Source: the human T2T-CHM13v2.0 reference genome, Homo sapiens. From it: a stretch of DNA of 64,000 bases. Positions 46,197 to 62,365 of the stretch are shown here, in pieces. The notes below the pieces were generated by a model. The model had not been told where the DNA came from. It did not search any database and worked only from the letters and a program-made list of their open reading frames with translations. Within the stretch, counting starts at the first letter, position 1. Each line of letters opens with the position of its first letter. A program made the translations under genes and the position numbers. Location of the stretch: NCBI RefSeq assembly GCF_009914755.1, contig NC_060940.1; one strand, 5' to 3'.

Positions 46197-46748
46197 TGTG
46201 GGAAAGAGAGTTTCCAGGGTGCCAGATGAGTTGGTCTCCCCTGTGTGAGACACCCATGGGGAACCATGGGCGGCCTCTGGGGAGAAAAGTCTCCTTATTG
46301 CCTTCCTGTCTTTATGCCCCCAGAGCATAACCGCTCAGCGGAATTCCACAGGTTGCTCGGCGAGATAACACTCCCCCTCCTGAAACCCGCACCCACCCGT
46401 TCCACTCTCAATAAGTTAAAGATCTTAAGTAGTTTAGACACACGCCTTTGCTCAAGGAAATTCACAGAAACCGCCACTGCTATACATCTTATTGAATGAC
46501 TCACGAGTTCTCCTTAACCAATTAATCCTTTTCCTCATCCCTTCCTACCCCTCCCATCTTCCCTAAGAACAAAGAGCTTGTATATCAATAAATTAGGCGG
46601 AGCTGAAGAGCTCTGGGCTGTAAGCAAGCTTCGGAGGCTCAGGTCCCCTGGACCCGCCTTTTAAACTCTTATTCTGTCTCTTTCTAACTCCTTTGTCTCT
46701 GCTGGACTGGGGTACCCGCCTGGTGGTGTGGCGCTAGTTTCCCCAACA
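46197..46748 (+). mobile_element. Solo HERV-K group LTR, LTR14-family
   Basis: TGTGGGAAAGAGAGTTTC..GGTGCCAGATGAGTTGGTCTCCCC..TTTCCCCAACA. TSD CAGTT at 46192-46196 and 46749-46753. The L1 sequence rejoins cleanly across it. Confidence 0.8.
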
Positions 46749-47406
46749 CAGTTAAAATGTCTTTTATCAAAAAAAGATAGCAAATAACACACGCCAGTGA
46801 GGATGTGTAGAAAGAGGAACCCTTGTACATTGTTGGTGGGAATGTAAATTCATACAGTCATTATGGAAAATTGTACAGAGTTTCTCAAAAAACTAAAAAT
46901 AGAACTACCATATAATCCAACAACTCCATTAATGGGTATATATCGAAGAGAAACAAAATCAATATGTCAAAGATACAGCTATACTCCCACGTCTACTGCA
47001 GCGCTATTCATAATAGCCTAATATGGAATCAACCTAAGTGTCCATCAGTGGATGGATGAAAGAAATATGGTATAAATACACAATGGAATATTACTCAGGT
47101 GTAAAAAAAATAATGAAATCCTGTCATTTGCAACAACATGGTCCACCCATGGAGGTCATTGTGTTAAATGAAGCAAGCGAGGCACACAGAAAGACAAATA
47201 TCGCACGTTCTCACTCATGTTCTCCCTGATGTGGGAGCTTCAAAAAGTGAATTTCATGAAGGTAGAGAGTAGATTGATGGTTGCCAGAGGCCAGGAAGGG
47301 TTGAGAGAAGGGAGGGATAGAGATGTTGGTTAATGGGTATAACTATTCATTTAGATGGAAGAAATATGACCTGGTATTTGATAGATCACTAGAGTGACTA
47401 TAGTTA

Positions 47407-47811
<405 letters not shown>

Positions 47812-48272
47812 TTAGGGTGACGAATATCCCAATTACCCAGATTTGATTGCATGAACATATCAAATTATCACATACATTCCAAAAATATGTACATTTCATA
47901 TGCATTAATAAAAAAATTTTTTTAAGAAAAAAATCTGTAAGTATGAACCAATTATTTGATAGAATGCAACTTACATTATTGAAAGTGGCTAACATGTGAA
48001 TGGGGATAAATTAAGTGTTTCCTTTTCTTCAGAAAAGGGGGTTCTAAAACAATCACAATAGCCCAAGTCATGCACTGATCATTTTCTGAGAATCATGTTT
48101 GCATACATTTTCTACAAAACTATATGACCTTTTATTGTAGGCATTTTTAATTGCATTTAGGAAAGGAGAAAACTATGAGTCAAAAGGTAATGTAAGTAAT
48201 TTGGTCAAGGCTCCAAAGCTAAAAATTATCAGGGATAAGAGTGCAAGCCTACTTACTAAAAAGTTCCTGCTA

Positions 48273-48581
<309 letters not shown>

Positions 48582-49799
48582 TTACATTGATTATTCAGTT
48601 TTCGTCACCAAAGTCAAAACCACGGAGCCACAGCTATTTTGCAATCTCGATATTTTTCTGTAGAATATGTTCTATTTAAATAATTTGTATAACAATAGCA
48701 CTGAAGTTCTTGTTTTCTGCATTGCTGATAAAAGCCATGTACTTTTTTTTTTTTTTTCCTAAAAAATAGCCTCTAGGAACAAGCAACAAGACACAAACAA
48801 ATGTAACAAAGATAAGTAAAAAAAGTTTTTTGGGAAAATAACTTCCAGAGTTATTAAGCGCTTCTAGAAACCCAACTTAAATGTCAGTTCTGGTTCAGAT
48901 GTGGCAGAATAATTGTGTCCCCAATATTCTATTTTCATAAATGGTTTATGTTAAGAATAGCTGGAATATAACTTGAAAAGAGGCACCTGACTCTTTTAAG
49001 AAGATGCCAACACATCTTACAATACACAGGAGGTGCTAAATAGACCCTATTTGGCATTATTATTTGCTAAATAATCACCAGAGAAAAAGTCACTGTGGAA
49101 GGTAAGATAATATTATAGAGCAATGTATTAGGAAAATACATAAGCTTATATTGAATTGGTCTCTTGGACTTGAGTCCAGCTTTAAGAGCAAGAAAGTATG
49201 TGAAGCTTATTCATACCAATGGTTACTTACAGGATTTGAAGTATTTTGTCATCTTCATTCATTCTATAAAATGTATTGATTACCTACTAGGTATCCAACA
49301 CTGTTTGGGCCACTGAGGATTTAACAGCACACAAAACCACAGCAACAAAAACACAAATGTGCTGTAGTTGCATTAGAAGGGATACTGCACATCAGGATAG
49401 AGATGAGATGCTGCTCTCAGGGGGACAATAGCATCAATGTCAGCTGGTTTAGCAAGGCTTAGGTAAGCATAGTAGTAAACGCTGCTCAATATGAAAGTGG
49501 GGCATGCATTCATGTACATGTGCTCATGTTGTGTTTAAACTTCACATAATGCAATTGTTTCAATAAAGAGTGGTATAATCATGAGATATATTTACTATAA
49601 CTTGATAGTTTTGCTTTATTGAGTATTACTTCTTTTATTCATTTAGTAATTTGTTTAGATTGTAAGCCTTTTGTTTATTTTTGAAACTTCCTAAGTTACA
49701 GAGTTTATGAAGCAGTAGTTAAGCATTTATCTTTGTATTATTAATGACATTTTTGACTTATTTTGACCAATTCCTGAGCCACAGGATTACTGAAGAGCT

Positions 49800-50225
49800 T
49801 AACGTTTATTTTATGTGTCAACTTCATTGGGTTAAGGGATACCCATATAGCTGGTAAGGCATTACTCAGTAGGCTGAGTAAGGAAGATCCATCATTACCC
49901 AATGTGAGGAGGAATCATCTAATCTGTTGAGGGCCCAAATACAACCAAAGGGCAGAGGAAAGGTGAATCTGCTCTTTTCTGGAGCTCCTGCCTTTGGGCA
50001 TTAGAACTCCAGTTTCTTTGGCCTTTGGACTCTGGAATGTACACATGTGGTCCTCCAGTTTCTCAGGCTTTCAGCTTTAGACTGAGAGTACACCATCACC
50101 TGCCCCGGTTTTCAGACCATTTGACTCAAACTGAATTACACCACAGGCTTACCTTGTTCTCCAGCTTGCAGAGGGCATATTGTGGGACTCCTCAGCCTCC
50201 ATAATTACTAGAGCAAATCTCATAA

Positions 50226-50266
<41 letters not shown>

Positions 50267-50310
50267 CTATCTACGTATCTTATTCTGTTTCTCTGAAGAA
50301 CCGTAATGCA
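49800..50310 (+). mobile_element. ERVL LTR, MLT2B-like, containing (TATC)n at ~50227-50272
   Basis: TTTTATGTGTCAACTT..GGTTAAGGGATACCCA..GGACTCCTCAGCCTCCATAATT..TTCTGTTTCTCTGAAGAACC. Confidence 0.8.
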
Positions 50311-52248
50311 GTCCCACACATCTAAAAATCTACGACTTATTAATTCCTGGCAAAGAAAAAACGTAAACATGTGTAGTTAACATCTTAGAAGGCAGAATTG
50401 AAAAGACTATTTTATCAACAAAAATTTAAAGAAAACACTATAAATAGGTATTATTTCTCCTTCCATAGCTCTTTGCTTTTTGAAAACCAGCCTATTAAGA
50501 TTTTCATGAAATATTTTTAGTTTGTGCCAAGCAGTGTGGTTGGTGCTTAGTGTATATCAGAGTGTGGGGAGCAAACAAACAAATAAACAAAAATAAAACA
50601 GGCTTTCACTTTTGGCTTTTATGCTATAATCTGTCTCTACTGTATGAGAAACTGAGCAATTTCTAATAATCAGAAACAGTATACCAGTTTTTGATCTCCT
50701 GTTTGTAATTATCATGCTTTATTGGGAATTCTCAGGAAGGGTCCCCAGGAAGAGCTATCAATTACTACTTTTGTATTCTATTCTTGGAGAGCAATTCTGA
50801 GTGGGCTTTTCAAAGCTCCCTTGATCTAATTTATTTGTGGGTGTGAAGTATGTAATGTTAAACTCCATATATGTCGTTATCCATTTATACTCCCTTTCTT
50901 AGAAGTCTAGTAAACCATATTTATATGAAGGATTAAATCAACACTATAAAATGGTGCTATTTAAATTGCAAGTGCACTTAGTGCTTTCCAAATGGATTCA
51001 GCAACAATCAATATTACAGTACAATTTCAACTCTTTTATTGTTCGCATACAAAAATAACTACAATAGCAATTTGAATATATATGGATTATTTCTCCTAGG
51101 TTTCTCCATGCCTTGGAAAAACAGAGAAAAATAAAGTGCCTATTTTTGTACAATTATAAATCTAGATGGAATCTAAATATCTAGGACAACATGCTCTTTC
51201 CCCATAATACTTTATTTATTTTTTAAAAGTTTATAAAATGAACTTTTAGATAAAGTGTTACATAAGTTTATTAAATGAGACTATGAAAGTTTATGCAAAT
51301 CTACCAAATCCAAGCAGTCTAGAATCACATATCTGGGTAGCAGCCTGAAAATGTTGGGTATTTGAATTTGTGGCCAATCAAAATCCACAGAGACAAATCC
51401 CCAATGGACAAAGCAATATAAAACCTTTATTAATAATTCTTTCTTGTCAAATACATCAAATAAGACCAATGCTGTGGTTAATCAGTTAATGATTAATTTA
51501 TAATTATGATTAATTTATGAAGATTAATTATAATTATTCAGTAAGTGCTTAAAATAAGTTTAAGAAACCCTCTATTTGATGTAAATATAGGTAAATAGTG
51601 AAAATGAGTACATAGTGAATGTGTATATACATTCTATATTGAATTAGTGAGCCCTCCATTAATTTAGTGACTTAACAAATCTAGAGATTCCATGTACTCA
51701 ATTTAGTTTACTGAAAGTGAAATCTTTATTTATGATCTGTGGTTTGAAAATAAAGGAGATGTGATCAACACATGTTTTTTGTCCTGTGTTTTACTGCTCT
51801 TATCTAATGGGTAATTCCAGAAATGGGGAGCCCATGTTGCTCATATGAGCTCCTATGTCAAACCCAACAAGTATGGCTCAGAAACCTGATTATAAAGCAT
51901 GTTAATGAAGCCAAATGATGTTCTAAGATGTTTTTAATTACAGTATCATTATGCCATTTTATATATGTATGGTATTTTATAAGACATTCATATTCTAGGT
52001 TCTTCAGACAGTTTTTTTTTAATTTTTATTCCCCCCTTAACTTCATTTTTAAATTATTTTTAGTCCAGACCTTTCATATTCCCCTTCAGCCTTCATCACT
52101 TACCCTGCTGTTACAAATTAGGATGAGAATCTAGTGATAGGAATAAAAACCAAGTGTAGATCCCCATTTGTCATAGCAAGATTAACGTTTTTATCACAGA
52201 AAATCTTTAACCAATATAAGCACCAAGGAGGTAGAAACGAGGAGAGGG

Positions 52249-52339
52249 GAAGTTAAAGAACTTTTTATGTCTGTACTATCCACAGAGATTCACAGAAGCT
52301 AAAGAACTTTTTATATCTGTACTATCCACAGAGATTCAC
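52249..52339. repeat. Tandem duplication, 2 x 45 bp (period 46)
   Basis: GAAG(T/C)TAAAGAACTTTTTAT(G/A)TCTGTACTATCCACAGAGATTCAC occurs twice with 2 mismatches. Confidence 0.9.
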
Positions 52340-52800
52340 TTCCTCTATGACTGTAGTGTAGAACTCTAGGATGCCAGATACGTTTTGTCTAATGAAATCG
52401 ACTCGAAACAATCTGTGGTGGTTGCATGTAGTGTTGGCTTGAGAAAGGCTCTAAAGACTCAAGAGTTTTCAGGAGTACAGTACCATGCATAATTAATAAT
52501 ATTTGCCCCATTTTGCGAGGCATTTGGTAATCCTCACTATTAGTTCCCAGACTATATCTTTATGCTCTTGAGTTATGCTACCGAGTTATAATTCCTCTAA
52601 AACTTGCAGTGCTACCTCTTCCTTCATACCCTTCTGGATATCATTTCCCCATTGTTCTGGAAAGTCTTGAGAGATACATTGGTTCGTATTTCTGGTCATA
52701 TAAGGTTTTCTCTTCCAGTCAAGTTAATTGCAGTGCCCTGAACCACACCATGAGTGCTGAGTGTTCACATAACCCAGGTGAGGACAATCAAGGCTTCTCA

Positions 52801-53234
<434 letters not shown>

Positions 53235-56200
53235 TCAATGGTTGGGGCTAGAGCTGGAAGCTGGCTGCATAAAAGACAAATCTGAATACTGTTGCTTAGA
53301 AGACAGTTAGTTCAAAGTTTCTGAGTTAGCTAAATGGAGGAACCAGCTGAAGGCATTCAATGAGGTACAGAAGCTTCTTCCTCTTTTTAGCAAGGCAGTT
53401 TTCCCGACCGGTGAGCTTCCATCATCATATAAACATATCAATATTCCCTACCTCCTGTGTTTATAATATATAGAAAATCATGGGTGCAGGGATACTCTCC
53501 ACTGGAACTTTGCCTGTAATGTATAAACATCTATGACTGCTTTATGATGTGCTTTAATTAAAGTTTGGAGGGGTGGCGTGCATGCTACTGAGCTACTATT
53601 CCTCTATTTGTATGTTTTTCCTCCCAAAAAATATGTTTGGTGCTAGTGATGTGTACTGGTGATTCCTTTGCTAAGCATAGGTCTTCTGGAAACACAGCTG
53701 TGGCAGGACTTTATGAAATGCAAAATGGAAAAAAAAAAGAGAGAGGTAAGGGAAGTGTAAGTTGGAGAAGGAGGAAGGCAAAGATGGCAACGTAGCTGTA
53801 GCAGATTCTCAGATGGAAGCAAATATAAGGAATGTCATTGTCTCTTAGAGACCATAATACTAATCTCTTTTCTCCATTCCAATTTTCATGAGGACTGCTA
53901 TTCCTGTTCCTGAGTTCCATGCAGTTCCTTCATTTGAAATGCCCTTTCTTTCGTTCTCAGATTATTAGAATATTCATCCTTCATGGCTAAACTCAAATGT
54001 CAATGCTGCTGGGATGCCTGCCCTAATTTCTCAAGCCCAAATTAATCATTCTTTCATCTGCACTCTTCCAGAACTACACTTATGAATTTATTAAAGATTA
54101 ATTTTACCCTACCATAATTTATTGGTAATAAATGAATCCTTCCTCCACTATAAATTTCCATTAAGATAGTGATTGGGTCTAGTGTATACATGCACATACT
54201 ACATGTTCTGTACATGATTAAGATAAAAATAATTACTAAAATCTTACTATTAGGCCCTGTGACAGATTTTTTAAAAAAATATATCTTGAAAATGTTACTA
54301 CTATATGAGAAAGATATCATCCCATTTTAAATATAAAAATTAGAACATATATATGTATAAAAACATATTTATATGTGTAAAACTAGTTAGTGGTACAACT
54401 AAGATTCAAATCAAGATCTTTCTGATACCAACACCTATGCCACTCAGTAACTGCTAAAATGAATTTTCATTCATGGTTTGATTGCCTAACCAAGATGAAA
54501 GGCTGACCTTGGATCACAAAATGTTGTTTAGATTAACATGAGATGAACTAAGCCATAGTTTTATTGATGGTCATTAACAAGGCTTTGATAGTTTCTATAA
54601 TCTTTCTTTAACAGCCTGGGGAATCTTTGTTGTAAACACTTCAAAGAGAGCCAGGTTATCTCATCTTATAAACAATTCTCTGCATATTTATATCAAAGAA
54701 AGGAAGACCAAGTTTTTTAAAAAAAGATATTGTGACAGAGACATTGTGTTATTTCTCTGGAGTTGTGCATGTCAAGCGCTTATTGAAGGCAGTGAAGGTG
54801 GTAAGTTTATTCTTAGGCTGTCATGTGCTCAGTATTCACTGATTGTTCATGTAGATTCCATTAACTGAAAAAGTGTGATAATTCAGGCTCTGGCTATTTG
54901 AAATACCCAGTCTAATAATATCATGAAACACATAGGCTTAATGATGCAACAAAGATTTTAAACAAGATGGAGAAATTGCAGAGGAAAATAGTTTCAGATA
55001 ATTAAATTATGCTTCAAGTAAATTTGACAATGCACACATTCTACACAGGCATCATGCATTACTGTCTCCAATATTTTTCTCAAATGATTCCCTTTTGTCA
55101 ACCAAAGTTTACCCTTCCAAACATTACTCATATTTTAACTTCTCCAAGCAGAATATCCCTGTTTCAAGCTCTAGTCCCAATACTTTGTCGTGTTATAACT
55201 TTTTCTGTCTATGATTGCCAAAAGGGATCATGCCATCCTTCAAATTCCCAGGTCATTAAATTTTCCTCTCTCTTATGAACTGGAAGGGAACTAACAAAGG
55301 CTACACAAATACCCTGACCTTGGAACTGACTTTAATGCTTCTTTCCACAAATATCTGATGCTCATATAAAGACACAGAGAAATAACACATCATCCAAAAC
55401 AAAAATGTTTTAAATACAGGAATCGAATTTTGAATCCAAATCTAACTTCAAATGCTATTCATTTAAATTTTGTCATCCTGTTGCCTGTGGCCTGGAACTA
55501 TACGCAATTGATTTCTATATCTAAGCAGGGCACTTTTCACAAGCCCCCACCTGGCACGTACTACATGAAAGCAAACTAAATGTTGAAACACATTATGGCT
55601 ACACATAAATATACATAGTTAGTTTTATCTCTTAGTAAAACAGTCTTGCAGTCCTCATCTAAATATCAAAGTTGATTTTCACCACACAGTATTAGCAATT
55701 CACTGGAGTTACTGTGTTTTTGAAGGGAATAAAGCAACATACCTTCCCAAAACAAAATCCATACTTAAATATTTTAAGATATTTAATAATTCAGGTGTTT
55801 TACTACTTCGACACAGTCAGCTCTTAAGACACTATTATTTCAAATTAATGAAGTTGGTTTGACAGGTACCTGTGGCTGGTGAACAAAAAGAATGATTCTT
55901 GACCATGCTGAGAGCCTACCCAATCCATCAGTGTTAACCCAGGTAACAGAAACACTAGGCAGCCCAGACCTTAGCACTGTCTTAAAATTATACATTTATT
56001 TGCGGGGGATGCAAAGACTGTCACAAGAACGCACAGCTGACACTGAGATAGCACAGAGGTCTTAAAATTTCATGATCTTCTTGTAGTATTCAAATTTACA
56101 AAGTCTTATGGGGCTTGAGAAAGTCACCGACCATATTGAGCCCAGCCGGGAGGTACAGTTACAGTGCCAGAAAAATAAGAGCAACCCTCCAGCTGCCCAA

Positions 56201-56879
56201 GCAACCCTGTAACCAGCCTGACAAATCTAAGGCAGTGGATGTCAGCACTTGTAGCACTCAAACACCCTTGTAAATGTTGCTTTCTAGAATCTAAGAGTAC
56301 TGTGTAAGGTTGACCATATGCACTGACACATCCCTCCACACAACCACACACAAACAGTTGCCAGCATTCACTCTTTCTCCCTGTATTTTTTTTTCTCTCT
56401 CTTGCTCTCTTTCAATGTCATGTGAAAGCCATATTGGATGGCAAAGAAAGCCTGGATCATGCAGAATTCCTGCAAGCAAATTAGGGTAATATTATCAAGA
56501 GAAGCCTTAATTAAAGTCCATTGAAAAGTGAACTTAATCAAAAGTTGGCAAAACTAAGTTGATCTCCTAGGTTTTCAAGAGCATTGAAGTAGAGCAAAAT
56601 ATCCAAGATGCAGAGTGCAGTGCCTGGCACAGAGCAGGGTGCTCAATAAATTATTCAATAAAGAAGCCAATAGATGATGGTATAATATTGATTGGGTTGA
56701 ATGTAGAGAGATTTTTGTTTATATTATGTTCTATAGATGATTATCTAACATTTTAGTTGAAATTATAAGGTAGTTAATATTTTAACCAGTGATATTTTTA
56801 GGCAAATATTTCCCCTCCCTTTGAAAACTGAGTGTATTGTTCAGTATACAACGTTATAAAATGTGACAAGAATAAAAGC

Positions 56880-57185
56880 TTTTTCTTTTCTTTCTTTTTT
56901 TTTTTTTTTTGAGACAGAGTCTCGCTCTGTTGCCCAGGCTGGAGTGCAATGGTGCCATCTTGGCTCACTGCAACCTCCGCCTCTGGGATTCAAGTAATTC
57001 TCATGCCTCAGCCTCCCCAAAAGCTGGGATTACAGAGATGCATCATCACGCCCAGCTGATTTTTTTATTTTTAGTAGAGATGGGGTTTCACCATGTGGGC
57101 AAGCCTGGTCTCTGGACCTCATGTGATCTGCCTGCCTTGGCCTCCCAAAGTGCTAGGATTACAAGCATGAGCCACTGCACCTAGC
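56880..57185 (-). mobile_element. AluS, diverged
   Basis: Poly-T then GAGACAGAGTCTCGCTCTGTTGCCCAGG..GAGCCACTGCACCTAGC. Confidence 0.9.
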
Positions 57186-57443
57186 TATAAACTAACTTTT
57201 TTTTTTAATTGATCAACAAGGTACAGCCAAAACACTGTTCTAATTTATTAGGACTAAATTCCTAAACAAAGTTATTGAATCAACAATAATAAGACCCTCT
57301 ATTTTCATTGATTTTAGACAGATATTAGCTTTCGTTTGACGCCCCAGAGAGAAGTACCAATAAGAAATCATCATTTCTCTGATGAAAGGTGATGTATTAG
57401 AAGTTTTATCTCCATGCAATATATAACTTAAAGCAATGGGTTA

Positions 57444-57816
<373 letters not shown>

Positions 57817-58834
57817 TTATGCCTGATGTGGTTCCAGGAATCCCTCAAGAACCTGGCTACGGATCTCAACCTCATTATCCAACATGACTGCCAGCTCTCC
57901 AACCATCACATCTGTTTCAAGAAACAGAATAGAAAAAAATGAATAATGGCAAATAGAGGTAAACTCCTTCTCTAACCAAGAATCAGAAATCCCACAACAT
58001 TCCCTTTTTCATCTTCTTAAGAACTTAATTACCGAGACAAAACTAGTGAGAAGGTATAGTCTTTGCTCATGTTTAACATGTGACCAGCCAAAAATGTTAC
58101 TATTGTTATTATTATTATGGTAGAAGGTTAAAACAAATATTGACATAGCCAAATAAATGTCTTGGCCACAAGTAGCATACTGTATAATAAAAACTCTGCA
58201 TGTTGGGCATTCCATTCCACTAGGACAATGCCAAGACAAACCCTATATCTCTGGATTTCCCTTGCATGGGAAAAATGGAGATCTGCAAAGTGAAGCTGTG
58301 GCCAGTGTGGAGTTTCACATAACATATGCCTGAAGGCCATGTTCATGCTAAGGGAAAGCAATATTCTTTTCTGGGGCCAAAGATGAGAATGGTCAGCTGG
58401 TAAATTACTACAATTTGTGTCTTTTCTTCTTTGCTCATAAAGCAAGAATGTGTTTTTGTATTTTTATGCCTAGAGTTAAAGTCCATTTAATTCAGTTAAA
58501 ATTTGTGGGTTAGTCAACAAGATTTAAAATTGAATACTAACTGATAATTCACTTACTTAATCATTTTACATCCATAGAGGCCCCCCAAAAAGTTATTAGA
58601 ACCCCACACACTCAACACACACATACACTGAACACCATGAATGTCATGATTCCTATGTGTCAAGGACAAGACTGAATGTTAGTGAAGGTGAATACAGCTT
58701 CCAATATTTGAAATAATCTGTATCACTTTAAAATATTTTATATAACCGCTATCATATCTAAGAAAATAACAACATGTAGCTTCTACACAGGAAGCAATTT
58801 ATGATAGTGGGATACAACTGTAAACTATTACTCC

Positions 58835-58983
58835 AAATTGCAGGGTTCTAGACCTGCCTCTGCCTCAAACTTTTTCAGTTTTTTGAGAAAGTTAAATAAG
58901 CTCTCCGGGGCTTCTTTCCTCCTCCGTAAAATCAAGGGGGTGAATTATTTTCCTTAGGGACCTTTTAGCTATGATACTCCATG
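58835..58983 (+). mobile_element. MIR fragment
   Basis: GGGTTCTAGACCTGCCTCTGCC..AAGTTAAATAAGCTCTC..TTTCCTCCTCCGTAAAAT. Confidence 0.6.
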
Positions 58984-61900
58984 GCTACATGGATTTTGTT
59001 GTCACTTTCAATCAAGTTTAATTTTCTTCAAGAATCAATCTTTTCACCTTTGGAAATTTGTTTCATTTTACAGGTCTTAAATTTATGTCTGAATCTCATG
59101 GCCTCAATATTCCCAGATCCTTATTTTAGTTTTATACTTATAGTCAGCAAAGGTTCTATTTTTAGCAATTTCCCAAAGGAATTGAAAGAGAGTCTCATCT
59201 TTGGCTCATTACCTCTGAGAACCGACTCACTGATGCCTGCTGTTTCTAAACCCTGTGCCCATCTCCTGCTTGTAATTGTCACCAAGGTCAGCACAGGTTT
59301 GTCACCTCTGTCAAATGGGGGAATCAAAATGAGTTTTCTCATGTTGAAAGCTGACTTGGGTTTGGGTCCCTGGAGCTTGAGGTTATTCCACACCGACTAG
59401 ATAAAATGCCCCACTAAACAGCTACCAAAGAAACACACAAACAGGGGTTTTGTAGTTTCATTTTCATTTCTATGTCTTCCAAATTAAAATTCCTAGTAAA
59501 AGGAAATCATGGCTATTTCCAGATTCAAGAACTCAGTATCTGTGCTTATGTCAAACAAAGCCAAGTTTAAATACTGTTTGTTTTTTTGTTTTCTTTTCGA
59601 TTGCCATGAAGTTGCAGGCCTGGCAATAGTATCAGGAGCTCAACTAGACAACAGGTAAAAATAAAAATAGATTAGAAACAAGTGATTGAATAATGGGTTT
59701 GGGGTTTCCGTCAGCAGTCATGATATAGTCGTCTTTGCTTCCTGTTTCATAGATGCTGGACTTATAGCTTTATGATAAGTTTGACACACTCTCAAATCAT
59801 GCACATACACTAGCCATGCCACAGGCCCTCGGCTAAGATCTTGGCAATCTAAGGAACACCCTCTGTCTCCATCTTTAATCTCCTATATTTGACTTCTGGA
59901 ATTGAATTGAGGACTATTCTTTAGCATATTTTATCTTGATTTGATTATTCTCCAAAGTTGTGGCTTTTTGCTGGTGGATAAATTCAAGAGATGGTTTGAA
60001 TATTCCCAACAGTCTCAGTAAATGAACAGACATTACACTTTGTAATTCAAAAGTTTTCAAATGCATTTTCAAATTGATATTTCAGAGGAAATGCAAATCC
60101 ATGATAAACTTTTTAAGTAAAATTTATGCTGTCTTTTCTAGTAAAATGGGAGGAAAATATTTATTTATGACATCCTATGTGATAAGAATCAAGCCAGATA
60201 TATGGTAAACATTTTTTTCTTTTAATTCTCACATTTAAAAATTTGTGAAACTGCTTTAAAATGGATGAAATTACAATGCTGGGAGATTGTAAATGTACAG
60301 TTAGTCAGTCCATAAAGGAGGATAGCTACAATTCGATTCCATTGTGGCTTAACATCTGGGATCTCTCCATCAGCCAAGTTATGCTAATTCCAACTGGCTC
60401 AGTGTTTCTGCCAGTTAGCTGGTTAAGCCCTCCTTTTGTGACCTCACTAACCGTCTTCCCCACTGCTTGCCCTTCATGCCTGTCTGCTATTGCTGCCAAT
60501 TCTCTGGGATCTTTTTCACTTTTCCCGATCTCATCACAGTCAGGGTCCTACATTTGATCCTGATTGTGACATGTGGTGCTGGAAAAATCCAAATACTTGG
60601 ATTTTCCTAAAAACTTAGAATCACTTTGCATCATTGGTGTTTTGTGCTATTTCAGAGAAAATGTTCTGCTAAACCAGGACTTCTCAGGGCCAACAAGGAC
60701 TGAGCTTTCATTGGCCAGGTCCTTGCTGAATCAAGGACCTGGGCAGCTGAAAAGCAGGACAGTTTACACCCTGGACATATACATTCTTTCTGTATTTATT
60801 TTTATTAATTTCTCTTTTAAAAATTTATCTCTACTTATTTTAAGGTTGCCAACTTGTCAACTTTCCGATTTTTTTTAGTCATTGCCTTTGGAAAGCCAAG
60901 AAATTTTGCAGACTCTGATACAGCTGAATATCATCAACTAGAAATATCATTTTGGGGAAGAGAATTTATACATTTCACTCCTTTTTTATCTGTGTTGAAC
61001 TGCAAAGGGTGGAAAATTGAATCCTATGCTACTATCCGGTCAACAAATGTGCCCACGCTAGCAATGCTTTATGATGGCTTTTCAGAGCTGTAGCAAGTCC
61101 GATCCATGATTAAATACAAATTTTAACCTTCTTGCTTCACACAGAAAATGAGATTTGTGCCGTGGGCTTTTTTTCTAAAATGTTGAACCCAGCAGAAAGT
61201 CTCATCTTGCCATCCAGTTTTCCTTTCTACCATTTCTATTTGCATTTCATTAGCATAATGTTGAAAAATGGAAGCAACCAAATATTTTTTCATAAGTGAG
61301 CAGTGAGAGAAATGGAATATCCTGCACTCTTTTCAACTGCCTATTACTTTAGGATAGACCAGTGTGGTGCATTAAATGATTACAAACTGATTTTTTTCTC
61401 ATGCTTATACTCTTTCCATATTCCGTGTTTCTAACCATACGTATTATATAAGGAGCAAAGCATTCTGAAATCTATATCATCATTATTTGTAAACTCATAT
61501 ATTACTGAAAAATGTGTATATGACATCTAATAAGTATCTCGCCTTTTTTGAAAGTCTGCTACTTAATAGGTCTTATCTATCCTATGTGGACATAGTTCCT
61601 TGCCCCAATTCACACTGCATAAAGATTAATGCCCTAGTCCAGCCTTAAGCTAATTTATTTATATTGTTAAGACATCTTGATGTGAGAACAGGCATTTTAG
61701 AAAAGTCATGCTTAAATAATTAATGTAAACTGTAACAGGCCCACCCTTGGAGCCTAGAAACAGTGGCTCTTCGATCTTAAGAGCCTTTCTAAAGAATAGC
61801 TACATCTGCATTGGCTCAAAATATTCAGATAATATATATGAACAACTTTAGGAATTTGCAAAAGTGAGTAACTTTTCTTTTAGGATTATAATAACTATAT

Positions 61901-62249
61901 GCTTAATGAGTTCTTGTGGGTTGCAATTGTGAGACAGAGTCCAAATTTTATAATATCAAACTGGCCAATGTATGTATTTGACCAAAAATGCATCTTCAAA
62001 TTGAATGCATCCAAGACAGAGGGCATGTGCCCTGTTTGGAGTGTTGGTAGAGATATGAGTTAATTTATATAAAATGACAGAATAAATTTGCTCAATCTTA
62101 AAAAAAAATAAAGCTGACCATGCATTTACAATTTACTTCAGCTGCTAACTTGTGATTAGGGCATCACTAGAGACTTCTATCATAAACCATTTGCTTAATA
62201 AAATAGCCTGAATAGCAAGGACTCCAGATTTTTCCTTTTTTTAGATATT

Positions 62250-62365
62250 CTTTTTGAATTCTTATTTTTAATTGACAATTATTGTACATATTTACAGGGT
62301 ATAATGTAATATTTAAATACATGTTTACATTGTGGGATGATTAATACACACTAATTAACACATCT
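62250..62365 (-). mobile_element. Short L1MA 3' terminal fragment
   Basis: TTTTTAATTGACAATTATTGTACATATTTACAGGGTATAATGT..CTAATTAACA. Confidence 0.65.

Noticed and set aside
51489-51540. Repeated GATTAATTTAT units as a homeodomain-site array
   Set aside because: Indistinguishable from AT-rich slippage low complexity without conservation data.
58981-59400. Overlapping 139-aa (+) and 90-aa (-) ORFs in unique DNA
   Set aside because: Composition of the plus ORF reflects T-rich DNA, neither shows a known domain, and I see no convincing exon structure.
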